Positions 36,793 through 46,100 of a stretch of 56,135 nucleotides of DNA are shown piece by piece (position 1 is the first letter of the stretch; each line of letters starts with the position of its first letter). The notes beneath the pieces are model-generated. The model saw only the letters and a program-made list of their open reading frames with translations, ran no database searches and was not told the origin of the DNA. A program made the translations under genes and the position numbers. The DNA is from Gemmatimonadota bacterium (GTDB lineage: Bacteria; Gemmatimonadota; Gemmatimonadetes; Gemmatimonadales; Gemmatimonadaceae). Location: NCBI GenBank assembly GCA_031372565.1, contig JANMLN010000058.1, positions 1-56,135 on the forward strand, written 5' to 3'.

Positions 36793-37662
36793 TCAGCTGC
36801 AGTTCGAGGTCTTGCGGGTCTGCAGGTCGATCTTGCAGGTCAGTCCGCCCGCCGTGACCGACGGCGTCTGTGTGCCATCGAACGTGATGGTCGTCGTGCC
36901 GCTCCGGTTGGTGGTGTTGGGGCTGCCGCCAGCCGCCGTGAAGATGGCCGTGGCGTTCCACGTGTGCGTGACCGTACCAGACAGCGGCCACGGATTGGCG
37001 GAGCGGGGCAGTGCGAAGGTCACGTTGGTGCCGACGCGCGAGCCGACGATGCGGTAGAAGCGGGTGCCGCGGGTGCCCGTGGCGAGGCTCGAGTCGTTGC
37101 GCGCCCCCCTCCAGTTCCAGATGCGCTTGTTGGGGGTGCTCACGCGGTCGTAGCCCACCGACGAGGTGTCGGACCGGTCGATCCACTTGACCACCGTGGC
37201 GTTGTCATCGGGGCGGCGGTCCACGTCGCCCGAGTCGACGCCGACTTCGCGCCAGCGGTACTGCACGGAGTCGTACGGGGTGCCCGAGATCGGCACCGGC
37301 GCGCCCAACTTCCAGAAGCGGTGCTGGCGGGTGACCTCGAGGTTGTCGTCTTCACGGGCGATTCCGCACGAGTACCAGCCCGATCCGTCGGGGCCCGTGC
37401 AGGTGCGCGTCCAGCCGCCGCGCGAGCTCATGACCGCGAGATCCGCGGTGCCGGGCGACGCCACCGTCAGGTTGAGACCCGTGATGGACTCGCTGTTGAT
37501 GACCGAGCCGAGGTTGGTTGCGGCGTCCGCAGCCGTCTGCGCGGCAAGGTCGGCGGTAATGATGTTGGCCGCGGTAAGCGCCGGCGACGTCGATTCCGTG
37601 TTGCACGCGGCGAGCAGCACAACGGTGCCGACGGCGAGCGTGGCGAGTGGGCGATGGCGCAT
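36793..37662 (-). CDS. Hypothetical lipoprotein
   Basis: AGGAG RBS and lipobox LAAC. Thr-rich, beta-strand-like body with two Cys pairs. Confidence 0.8.
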   Translation of the reverse strand: MRHRPLATLAVGTVVLLAACNTESTSPALTAANIITADLAAQTAADAATNLGSVINSESITGLNLTVASPGTADLAVMSSRGGWTRTCTGPDGSGWYSCGIAREDDNLEVTRQHRFWKLGAPVPISGTPYDSVQYRWREVGVDSGDVDRRPDDNATVVKWIDRSDTSSVGYDRVSTPNKRIWNWRGARNDSSLATGTRGTRFYRIVGSRVGTNVTFALPRSANPWPLSGTVTHTWNATAIFTAAGGSPNTTNRSGTTTITFDGTQTPSVTAGGLTCKIDLQTRKTSNCS

Positions 37663-38005
37663 GCAGGGCAACTCCTGATTGGGCGGCGGGTGCTGTCGCG
37701 ACCGACCGCGGGTTCACGGAAGGAGGGGGACGGTCCCGCCTCTCGTGATGCGTTAGTCGCGCCGGAACCGGAACTGTTAATCCGGTGCCATGCGTCACAT
37801 CGCCGACTGTCGGACTGCCACCGCACTCTGCGGCGTGCGAGCCACGGTTGCTGTCACGCGGGTGGAGGCAAACGTCACGCGGATTGCCTCGCGCGATGCA
37901 ACTCGCAACGGTAACGCCTGGTGGACTGCTCGATTCGGTGGGCGGTCCGGTGGTGCGAATGACACGGCGTGGTCACGACGTCGTCTCTGAGCCCTGGTGC
38001 CGGTG

Positions 38006-38731
38006 CTAGCGCGGCAGCTCGAATCGGTAGCCCACGCCGGGTTCAGTGACGATCAGTCGTGGCGTCCCCTGTTCGACCTCGATCTTCCGCCGCAGGTGCG
38101 TGATGTGCACGCGCAGGTGCTGCTGCGGATTGCCGAACTCGCGTCCCCACACCGCGTCGAACAGTTGCTTGTGCGTGAGCGTGCGTCCGGCCTCGGCGAC
38201 CATGTGACGGAGGAGCGCCCACTCGGTGGGGGTGAGGTGGACCAGCACGCCGTCGCGCGTCACGATCCGGCGCAGGAGGTCGACCTTGATCGGACCGTTG
38301 TCGATGATGGGTTCGTTGCTGGTCAGATCGAGCCGTGCTGCGCGGCGCAGGTGGGCCCGCACCCGGGCGAGCAGTTCCTGACTGCCGAACGGCTTGGTGA
38401 CGTAGTCATCGGCTCCCGCATCGAGCAGGCGGACCTTCTCGTCTTCGGAGTGGCGCGCACTGACCACCACCACGGGGGCCACGCTGATCTCGCGCACCTG
38501 CCGGCAGACCGCCTCGCCCTGCATGTCCGGGAGGCCCAGGTCGAGCATGATCAGGTCGGGGCGCTCCGAGGCAGCCAGGGACAGGGCGCGTGCCCCTGTG
38601 TCAGCCTCGAGAAAATCGTCGCACAACGACTCCAGCGCGGCAATGATCGCCTCGCGGATGGGGCGTTCGTCGTCGACGATCAGGATGCGCCGCGCACGGG
38701 CCGGCGCTTCGATTCGATCGGTTGCGCTCAT
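38006..38731 (-). CDS. OmpR-family response regulator, KdpE-like
   Basis: IVDDE, LDLGLPD, GADDYVTKPF, HLTPTEW, LRVHI..LRRKIE and TEPGVGYRF. Confidence 0.9.
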   Translation of the reverse strand: MSATDRIEAPARARRILIVDDERPIREAIIAALESLCDDFLEADTGARALSLAASERPDLIMLDLGLPDMQGEAVCRQVREISVAPVVVVSARHSEDEKVRLLDAGADDYVTKPFGSQELLARVRAHLRRAARLDLTSNEPIIDNGPIKVDLLRRIVTRDGVLVHLTPTEWALLRHMVAEAGRTLTHKQLFDAVWGREFGNPQQHLRVHITHLRRKIEVEQGTPRLIVTEPGVGYRFELPR

Positions 38732-38895
38732 GTCGGGGTGGGGGGCGTGGGCGTCGCTACGGCGGAAAGGTGCGAAGCGGAGAGACCGCGCGCCAGCACC
38801 CGATTTCTTCCCTGCCGAGCGGCCGGTCCAAGTGGCTGCCGGGGCTGGACCTGGAGCAGCGCGGCGGTCACGGGACGGTCACCTGCCCGAAAGTA

Positions 38896-38911
38896 TGGCA
38901 CCATTTATGCA
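38896..38911 (+). promoter_or_regulatory. Candidate sigma54 (-24/-12) promoter
   Basis: TGGCACcatttATGCA has GG-N10-GC spacing and matches the TGGCAC-N5-TTGC(A/T) consensus with one mismatch. Confidence 0.65.
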
Positions 38912-38997
38912 GTGGAAGCGTACAGAAGAGTGTTGGAGCGGTGCCATGCTGCCGATACCGCAGCAGGAGACCGATACTCCGACGAAACAGGAGCCCC

Positions 38998-39207
38998 ATG
39001 GCTGACCCCGTGATTGTTGTCCCTGCGATCGTGCTCGCGGCTGTCCCTCTCGGGGCGCTCGCGGAAGCGGTGCTGGGCCACTTCTCGACCACCGAGCGGA
39101 CGACGGGCGCGATGGATGCGCTGACCGTCGACTTTTCGCCGGTGACCGAGTTGATGGCTTCGGCGACCTGCGCGGTCGACGAGGACGATTCGCCGCTCGC
39201 CGCTTAA
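38998..39207 (+). CDS. Small hypothetical protein (69 aa)
   Basis: CAGGAG RBS 4 nt before the ATG, downstream of the sigma54 motif. Hydrophobic N-terminus and acidic C-terminus ending PLAA. Confidence 0.55.
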   Translation: MADPVIVVPAIVLAAVPLGALAEAVLGHFSTTERTTGAMDALTVDFSPVTELMASATCAVDEDDSPLAA

Positions 39208-39338
39208 GCGTAGACCCCGCGCCCTCCGTTGCCGCGACGTCGGCAGCGCGGGCCTGCGTGCACCGTGCCCACCGCTCGCTGGAGCGAGGCGCGCCGGCCG
39301 AACGACGGTCGGATTCTCCGACAATACCTGATTCGCGG

Positions 39339-39367
39339 TTGAGGGGACGCGCGCGGTCCATTAAGAT
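39339..39367 (+). promoter_or_regulatory. Sigma70-type promoter for tRNA-Pro
   Basis: TTGAGG-N17-TAAGAT, 28 nt before the tRNA. Confidence 0.6.
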
Positions 39368-39395
39368 CCGTCGTTCGCCCGGATCGTCGGGAGAA

Positions 39396-39469
39396 CGGGA
39401 CGTGGCGCAGCCCGGTAGCGCACCTGCTTGGGGTGCAGGGGGTCGCGGGTTCAAATCCCGCCGTCCCGA
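39396..39469 (+). tRNA. tRNA-Pro (GGG)
   Basis: Acceptor stem CGGGACG/CGTCCCG-A, D-arm GCGCAGCCCGGTAGCGC, anticodon arm CCTGC-TTGGGGT-GCAGG and T-loop GGTTCAAATCC. CCA is not encoded. Confidence 0.97.
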
Positions 39470-39480
39470 TCACGTAGACT

Positions 39481-39525
39481 GACATCGCCGGGCCACTCAA
39501 TCGAGTGGTCCGGCGATGTCCGTTT
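39481..39525. terminator. Hairpin terminator, probably bidirectional (tRNA / ABC operon)
   Basis: 18-bp stem GACATCGCCGGGCCACTC-aatc-GAGTGGTCCGGCGATGTC followed by CGTTT. Confidence 0.75.
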
Positions 39526-39547
39526 GGTCCCCATCGCTCGCGCCCGC

Positions 39548-40285
39548 TCACTCCCAGCGAAACACCCGCGTCGACACGGCCACACACACGGCCGCGATGA
39601 GCACCAGCGCCGCCGCATCGCCCCAGTGCGCGCTCCACCCGCTCCCGTCCCACACGCCTTCCATCAGCGCCACGGCGTGCGTGGTCGGCAGCGCCGCCGC
39701 CACGATCCGCAGCGGCGCCGACAGCTGCTCCACCGGGTAGAAAAGCCCCGACAATGCCACCATCGGGTACATCACGGCTGCACCGATCGGTTGCGCGAAC
39801 CGCGCCGTGGGCACCACGCTCGCGATCACGAAGCCGAGCGACAGGATGCTCGCGGTGCCCAGCAGCACGGCGGCGGCGAAGCTCAGCACGTTGACCTCGA
39901 GGGCGCCCGGGAACACGCGCCGCCCCGCGAGCACGAGCAACGCGAGCCCGGCCACCGCCAACACGAGCTTGAGGAAGACATGCGCCCCGAGGATCGTGAC
40001 CGGAGACAGCGGGGTGGCGCGCAACCGCTTGAGGATCCCACCCTCGCGATAGATCGAGATGATCGCCACCAGCGAGGTGACCGCGCCGACCGCAATGAGC
40101 AACGCGGAGAGGATGGCCACGTTGAAGGGCGGGTCCGCGGCCACCTCCGCCCGGCGCAACCCGACGGACCGGCCCAGCACGACAAACAGGACCACCGGCA
40201 GAATCAGCGTGCCGACAAGTCCCATCGGTTCGCGCGCAAACACCTTGGCCTCGACCCACGTCAGCTTCCAGAATCCCTTGAGCAT
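39548..40285 (-). CDS. ABC-2 type transporter permease
   Basis: YREGGILKRLRATPL, LSGLFYP, LPTTHAV and a C-terminal FRWE, with 6 TM helices. Confidence 0.92.
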   Translation of the reverse strand: MLKGFWKLTWVEAKVFAREPMGLVGTLILPVVLFVVLGRSVGLRRAEVAADPPFNVAILSALLIAVGAVTSLVAIISIYREGGILKRLRATPLSPVTILGAHVFLKLVLAVAGLALLVLAGRRVFPGALEVNVLSFAAAVLLGTASILSLGFVIASVVPTARFAQPIGAAVMYPMVALSGLFYPVEQLSAPLRIVAAALPTTHAVALMEGVWDGSGWSAHWGDAAALVLIAAVCVAVSTRVFRWE

Positions 40286-40289
40286 CGCG

Positions 40290-41207
40290 TCAGTCCCGCA
40301 AGGCGTGGCCGGTGAGCGTGAGGAAGACATCCTCGAGCGTCGGTATCTCGGTGCGGAAGCCGCGGACACGCAGTCCCTCGCGCGCCACGAATGCGATCAC
40401 GTCGGTCACGAACTCCTCGCCGGTGCCGGTGAGCGTCAGCGTGTGGCCCGCGCGGTCGGTCGCGGTGAGCCCCACGAGTGTGGAAAGCCGCGCGTCAGCC
40501 ACGACCTCGTCGCTCGTGAACACCACGCGGTGCGTCGGACAGTGCGCCCGCACGAGCGCCTCGGGGGTGCCCACGTCGATCACGCGACCGTCATCCATGA
40601 TCGCGACCCGATCGCACAACCGTTCGGCTTCCTCCATGAGATGCGTGGTCAGAAAGACGGTCGTGCCGCGGTCGCGGATGCCGAGGACGAGTTCCCAGAT
40701 CGTGCGGCGCGCCTGCGGGTCGAGACCCGTGGTGAGCTCATCGAGGAAGACGAGTTCAGGTTCGTGGATGAGCGCGAGCGCGATGAACAGTCGCTGCTTC
40801 TGTCCGCCGGAGAGCGTCATTAACCAGGCGTCGCGCTTGGTGCTGAGCCCCAGCCGCTCCAGCAGCGCGTCGCCATCCACCGCGCGCGCGTAGAGCGACG
40901 ACCACAAGTCCACCGCCTCCCACACCTTGATCCGCTTCTGCAGATGGGCTTCCTGGTGCTGCACGCCGATCCGCAGCCGGAGCGCCGCCGAATCCTCCTG
41001 CGGATCGAGACCGAGCACCCGGATCGTCCCGCCGTCATGGCGCCGCGACCCCTGCAGACACTCCATCGTGGTGGTCTTGCCGGCACCGTTCGGACCGAGC
41101 AGGCCGAAGATCTCGCCCGGTTGTACGTCGAGTGTCACGTCGCGCACGGCGAGGGTCTTGCCGTAGCGCTTCTGGAGCCCTCGGACGGAGATGACGGGGT
41201 CGGCCAT
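40290..41207 (-). CDS. ABC transporter ATP-binding protein (exporter type)
   Basis: GPNGAGKTT, LSGGQKQRL, FLDELTTGLDP and TTHLMEEA. Confidence 0.95.
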   Translation of the reverse strand: MADPVISVRGLQKRYGKTLAVRDVTLDVQPGEIFGLLGPNGAGKTTTMECLQGSRRHDGGTIRVLGLDPQEDSAALRLRIGVQHQEAHLQKRIKVWEAVDLWSSLYARAVDGDALLERLGLSTKRDAWLMTLSGGQKQRLFIALALIHEPELVFLDELTTGLDPQARRTIWELVLGIRDRGTTVFLTTHLMEEAERLCDRVAIMDDGRVIDVGTPEALVRAHCPTHRVVFTSDEVVADARLSTLVGLTATDRAGHTLTLTGTGEEFVTDVIAFVAREGLRVRGFRTEIPTLEDVFLTLTGHALRD

Positions 41208-41368
41208 GGTCGAAACGTACGCGTGCGCATCGGCGTGGACGGAGGCGCAACAGCGTCCACGCGAGCTGAAGTGCAGCGGAGACCAGACGAACGCTGCGGC
41301 GACCCTGGGCGTCGCGCACCCGCGAGGTTGCCCGTACCTTCTCCCGTTCCCCACAGAGCTCCGGACCC

Positions 41369-42352
41369 ATGCAGACAGTCGCTCTCGGCTCGACCTCGCT
41401 CAGCGTGTCACGCATCGCCTATGGCTGCATGGGACTCGGCGGCAGCTGGGCGCGCGACGATGCCGTCACCGACCAGACCCGGCGCGAAGCCGTTGCCGCC
41501 GTGCGCGCCGCGCTCGACTCCGGCATCACCTGCTTCGATCACGCGGACATCTATCGCTGGGGCCGCGCCGAGGAGGCGTTCGCGGCCATCTGGTCGGCCG
41601 AGCCGTCGTTGCGCGATCGGGTCGTGCTGCAGTCCAAGTGCGGCATCGTCATGACGGGTGCGCGGACGGACGCCACCGTGGGGCAGGTGGACCTTCGCCG
41701 GTCCCACATTGTGCGCTCCGTGGAAGGCAGCCTGGCTCGGCTGCAGACCGAGTACCTCGACGTGCTGCTGCTGCACCGGCCCGATCCGCTGGTGGAGCCC
41801 GAGGAGATCGCCCGCGCCTTCGACGAGCTGCACGCGCGCGGGCTGGTGCGCCACTTCGGCGTCAGCAACCATGCGGCGTCCGACATCCGGTTGCTCAAGC
41901 GGTTCATCCGCCAGCCGATCGTGGCCAACCAGGTGGAGTTGAGCCTGCTGCATCTCGCGCTCATCAATGAGGCGGTGACCTTCAACCAGCAGGGGTCCAT
42001 CGCGACCGCGCACACCGACGGCACGCTCGCGTACTGTCGCGAACATGACATCACGCTGCAGGCGTGGGCGCCGCTCAAGGGGGGAGCCGTCATCACGGGT
42101 GAGGCAGATCCACCCTCCGCAGTGGCGCGCGAGGTGGCACGCGTGGTCGCGGCGATCGCGCACGATCGTGGCGCGAGCCCCGAAGCCGTCGCCATCGCCT
42201 GGCTGCTGATGCACCCGGCCAACATGCAGGTGGTCATCGGCTCAGCTCGACCCGACCGTATCCGTGCCGCCTGCGAGGGCGACGCCGTCACGCTCTCACG
42301 CGACGAATGGTATCGGTTGTTCGTGGCGGGGCGGGGAGCGCCCATGCCGTGA
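41369..42352 (+). CDS. Aldo/keto reductase (YdhF-like)
   Basis: FDHADIY, SKCGI, LLLHRPDPL, GVSN, NQVE and WLL.HP. Confidence 0.92.
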   Translation: MQTVALGSTSLSVSRIAYGCMGLGGSWARDDAVTDQTRREAVAAVRAALDSGITCFDHADIYRWGRAEEAFAAIWSAEPSLRDRVVLQSKCGIVMTGARTDATVGQVDLRRSHIVRSVEGSLARLQTEYLDVLLLHRPDPLVEPEEIARAFDELHARGLVRHFGVSNHAASDIRLLKRFIRQPIVANQVELSLLHLALINEAVTFNQQGSIATAHTDGTLAYCREHDITLQAWAPLKGGAVITGEADPPSAVAREVARVVAAIAHDRGASPEAVAIAWLLMHPANMQVVIGSARPDRIRAACEGDAVTLSRDEWYRLFVAGRGAPMP

Positions 42353-42409
42353 GCACGCACGAGCGAGGACGGCGGAGCACGGCTCCCGCCGACCGCGACG
42401 CTCTGCGCC

Positions 42410-43006
42410 TCAGCTCGGCATCGGGCGAATCGGCCCGTGCCCGGCGTACACGGTCGTGGCTCCTTTCGCGCGCAGCGCACCCCAGCTCGCCATCACCTGC
42501 TCCGCATCGTCCTCGCCCATGAACGTTGGCCAGGTGAGGTCGCCCGTGAACACGGCGCCACCATCGAGCAGAAGCGACACAGAATCGTCGGAATGGCCGG
42601 GCGTATGCACGATCTCGCCATCGAAGCCGAGCCGCTTGAGAAACGCCCGGCTCTCGGCGCAGGCCAGTGACACGTTGTCATCGAGCGTGATTGGCGTGTA
42701 CTGATCCGCCGGCTTCACGTGCACGCGCATGCGCTCGATGAACGCGGCCTGCACGTCCATCACGATCAACCGCATGCCGGCGAGCTTGAGATCCTGAGCG
42801 GCGCCGGCATGGTCCAGATGAAAGTGTGTCGCGAGGCCGTGCGTGATCTCCGCGAGCGGTACCCCCATCCGTGACAGCTGCGCCGAGAGCGTGCCGAACA
42901 TGCCGGGCCAGCCGAGGTCCACCAGCAGGCGTGCGCGACCGGCGCTCACGACCCAGAAGTTGGTCGAGCGGTACCCGACGTTGACGATGGTGGGGGCGGT
43001 CGGCAT
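42410..43006 (-). CDS. MBL-fold metallo-hydrolase
   Basis: THFHLDHAG, HTPGHS, FTGD and GHG. Confidence 0.9.
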   Translation of the reverse strand: MPTAPTIVNVGYRSTNFWVVSAGRARLLVDLGWPGMFGTLSAQLSRMGVPLAEITHGLATHFHLDHAGAAQDLKLAGMRLIVMDVQAAFIERMRVHVKPADQYTPITLDDNVSLACAESRAFLKRLGFDGEIVHTPGHSDDSVSLLLDGGAVFTGDLTWPTFMGEDDAEQVMASWGALRAKGATTVYAGHGPIRPMPS

Positions 43007-43187
43007 GACGACGGTGCGGGGAGAAGAGCGCAATCTCGCGGCACGGTGGCCCACGGCGAAAGCCGCTGTCGAGCGGGTGCGCGCGACCATTACGGTCGTC
43101 GCTGCCGCGCTCCATACTATGGGCAGCGCGCCGGGCCGCCGCGAAGGGCGCTGGCACCGCGCGCCTCTCTCCAGATCAGGATGTCCC

Positions 43188-46100
43188 GTGCGTATCGCTT
43201 GCCTCGTCTCGTGTGTTGCCGTCGCCCTCGGTGGGCTCCCCGTCGTCGCTGCTTCCCAGACCGTGGACCCCGCGAGCGCCATGCATTGGCGCTCGATCGG
43301 CCCGACGCGCGCCGGGCGCGCCCGTGCGCTCGCCGGCGTGCCGACGCAGCCCAACCTGTTCTACATCGGCTTCGATGACGGCGGCCTGTGGCGCTCGACC
43401 GACTACGGGTCGACCTGGGTGCCGCTCTTCGACAAGGAGAGCACGGGATCGATCGGGGCGATTGCCGTGGCCCCCTCGGACCCGAACATCATCTACGTCG
43501 GAACCGGCGCGGGGATCATCCGTCCCGATCTCGCGACCGGGAACGGCCTCTACAAGTCCACCGACGCGGGCAAGACATGGGCGCGCATCGGACTCTTCGA
43601 TTCGCAGATGATTGCCATGATCGACGTCGACCCGCGCGACGCCAACCGGTTCTTCGTGGCGGTGCTCGGGCACCCGTACGGGCCGAACGCAGAGCGCGGC
43701 GTCTTCCGTTCGCTCGATGGCGGCCGGACAATGACCAAGGTGCTCTACCGCGACGAGTACACGAGCGCCAACGACGTGCGCATCGACCCGTCCGATCCGA
43801 ACACCGTCTATGCCACGCTGTGGCAGCAGCAGCAGGCCTTCTGGGAAGGAGGCGACTTCGGCGGCGGCGGCAACGGCATCTTCAAGTCCACCGATGGCGG
43901 TACGTCCTGGAAGCCGCTCACCGAAGGGCTGCCGACCGTGTTGCAGGCCAACATCGCGATCGCGCCGAGCAACGCCAAGCGGCTGTATGCCATGGTGGCT
44001 TCGGCCACTGCCACCGGCGCATCGGGCCCTGTCGGCTTCTACACCTCGGCCGACGCCGGCGAGCACTGGACCACCATGACGGTGGGAGCCGCGAGCGCGA
44101 CGACGCCAGCCGGTGTCACGGCCGATCCGCGACCACTCGTCCGCATTGGTGGCGGTGATCTGCCCACACTCGCCGTCGACCCGAAGAACGAACAGGTGGT
44201 CTACAGCGCGAGCACGGTCTTCTGGCGCACCGAGGACGGCGGCCGGTCATGGTCCGCGGTGCGTGGCGCCCCCGGCGGCGACGACTACCAGAAGGCGTGG
44301 ATCAATCCGCTCAATCCGGACATCCTGCTTGTGGTGGCCGATCAGGGCGGCGTCGTCTCTGCCAACCGCGGCGTCTCATGGAGCAACTGGTACACGCAGC
44401 CGACCGCGGCCATGTACCACGTCACCACCGACCTTGCCTTTCCCTATCGCGTGTGCAGCGGTCAACAGGACTCCGGATCCGCCTGCGTCGATAGCCGGAG
44501 CAACGATGGCAGGATCACCCTCCACGATTGGCATCCCGTCAACATCCAGGAGTACGGCATTGCGGCACCGGACCCGCGCGATCCCGACCAGGTGTTCGGC
44601 AGCATGCGCACCAATGTGTCGCTGTTCAATCGCAGCACAGGGCAGACCACGCTGGTGGGCCCCGACATGAGCGCCGTGGGCCCCAATGGCGAGCGCTTCA
44701 ACCGCAACGTGCGCACGATGCCGATTGCCTGGTCGCCGATCGATCGCGCCACGCTGTACTACGTGTCGAACGCGGTCTGGAAGTCGACCACGCGTGGGTC
44801 AAGCTGGACGCGCATCAGTCCCGACCTGGCGCGCGCCACGTGGGAGGTGCCCGCGAGCGCCGGCAAGTACGCGAGCCGCGTGAAGCCGGAACCTCGTGGT
44901 GCCATCACGGCATTGTCGCTCTCTCCAAAGTCCGCCGGCACGATCTGGGCCGGCACCGATGACGGCAACATCCAGGTGACGACCAACGGCGGAACGGTGT
45001 GGAAGAACGTGACCCCCGCCGCGATCACGGCGTGGACACGCATCTTCAACATCGACGCGGGACACCACGACGTGCGCACCGCGTACGCCGCCGCCAACAC
45101 CATTCGCATCGATGATCGCCGCCCGCACTTCTGGCGCACGCACGACATGGGCGCCACGTGGACCGAGATCAGCACGGGGCTCCCCGATGGTGCCGGCGCC
45201 AACACGATCCGCGAGGATCCTGCGCAGCCGGGGCTGCTCTACGCCGGCACCGACCAGCAGGTTTGGGTGTCGTACGACGACGGCGACCACTGGCAGTCGC
45301 TGCGCGTCGACATGCCGGCCATCGCGGTCCGCGACCTGTTCGTGAAGGATGATGCGACCTGCCACTGCGCCGACCTCGTGGCGGGCACGCACGGACGCGG
45401 CTTCTGGATTCTCGACAACCTCACGCCGCTGCGGCAGCGCGCGGCACTCGTGGCGGCCGAGCGCGCGCAGGCCGCGTACCTCGTGCGCCCGCTCGTGGCC
45501 ACGCGGGTACGTCCGGCCGGAAACGATCCGACGCCGTGGCCCCCGGAGATGCCGGCCGGTGAGAATCCGCTGCCTGGTGCGCTGATCGACTACTACCTGC
45601 CGCGTGATGCGCGTGGTCCGGTCACCATCGAGATCATCGACGCGGCCGGCAAGGTGATTCGCACACACTCGAGCGCCGAGCCTCGACTCGATCCCGATCC
45701 GGGCGTCGACGCGGAGGCGTACGACAAGCTGTGCCGCCTCAAGCCGACCGCGGTCGCCTGTTCGCTGCCGCTCTACTGGAACGCGCCGCAGATGCTCGTG
45801 TCGCCGCGCGCCGGCATGCACCGCTTCAGCTGGGACATGCGACTCGCACCACTGACAGCCAGCCCGATCCCCGAGCCGGGCGACGAGGACGCGACCGGCG
45901 CGGTGCCACATCACACTTGGCAGCCCGCGCCGGCCCCTTGGGCCACACCGGGTCGCTACACCGTGCGTCTCACCGTCGACGGCGCTTCCCTCACGCAGCC
46001 GCTGACGCTCACGCTTGATCCGCGCGTCAAGACCCCAGCCCCCGCGTTGGCGCAGTTGGCCGCTGTCACCAAGCGCACATACGACGCCGCGTGGACGGCG

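Noticed and set aside
37775..37790. Other TGGCAC sigma54-like starts (minus strand near 37790, 38946 and 318)
   Set aside because: None has the GC at the -12 position (GG-N10-GC fails).
38732..39395. tmRNA, suggested by the LAA-ending reading frame
   Set aside because: No tRNA-like 5' end paired with a T-arm/CCA 3' end was found, and the ORF has its own RBS and ATG.
39396..39547. Genomic island integrated at tRNA-Pro
   Set aside because: No integrase is present, no duplicated tRNA 3' end was seen in the window, and a normal terminator follows.
38998..41207. Identical MADPVI N-termini in the small ORF and the ABC ATPase
   Set aside because: Only six residues match, with different synonymous codons and no further similarity, so this is likely chance.
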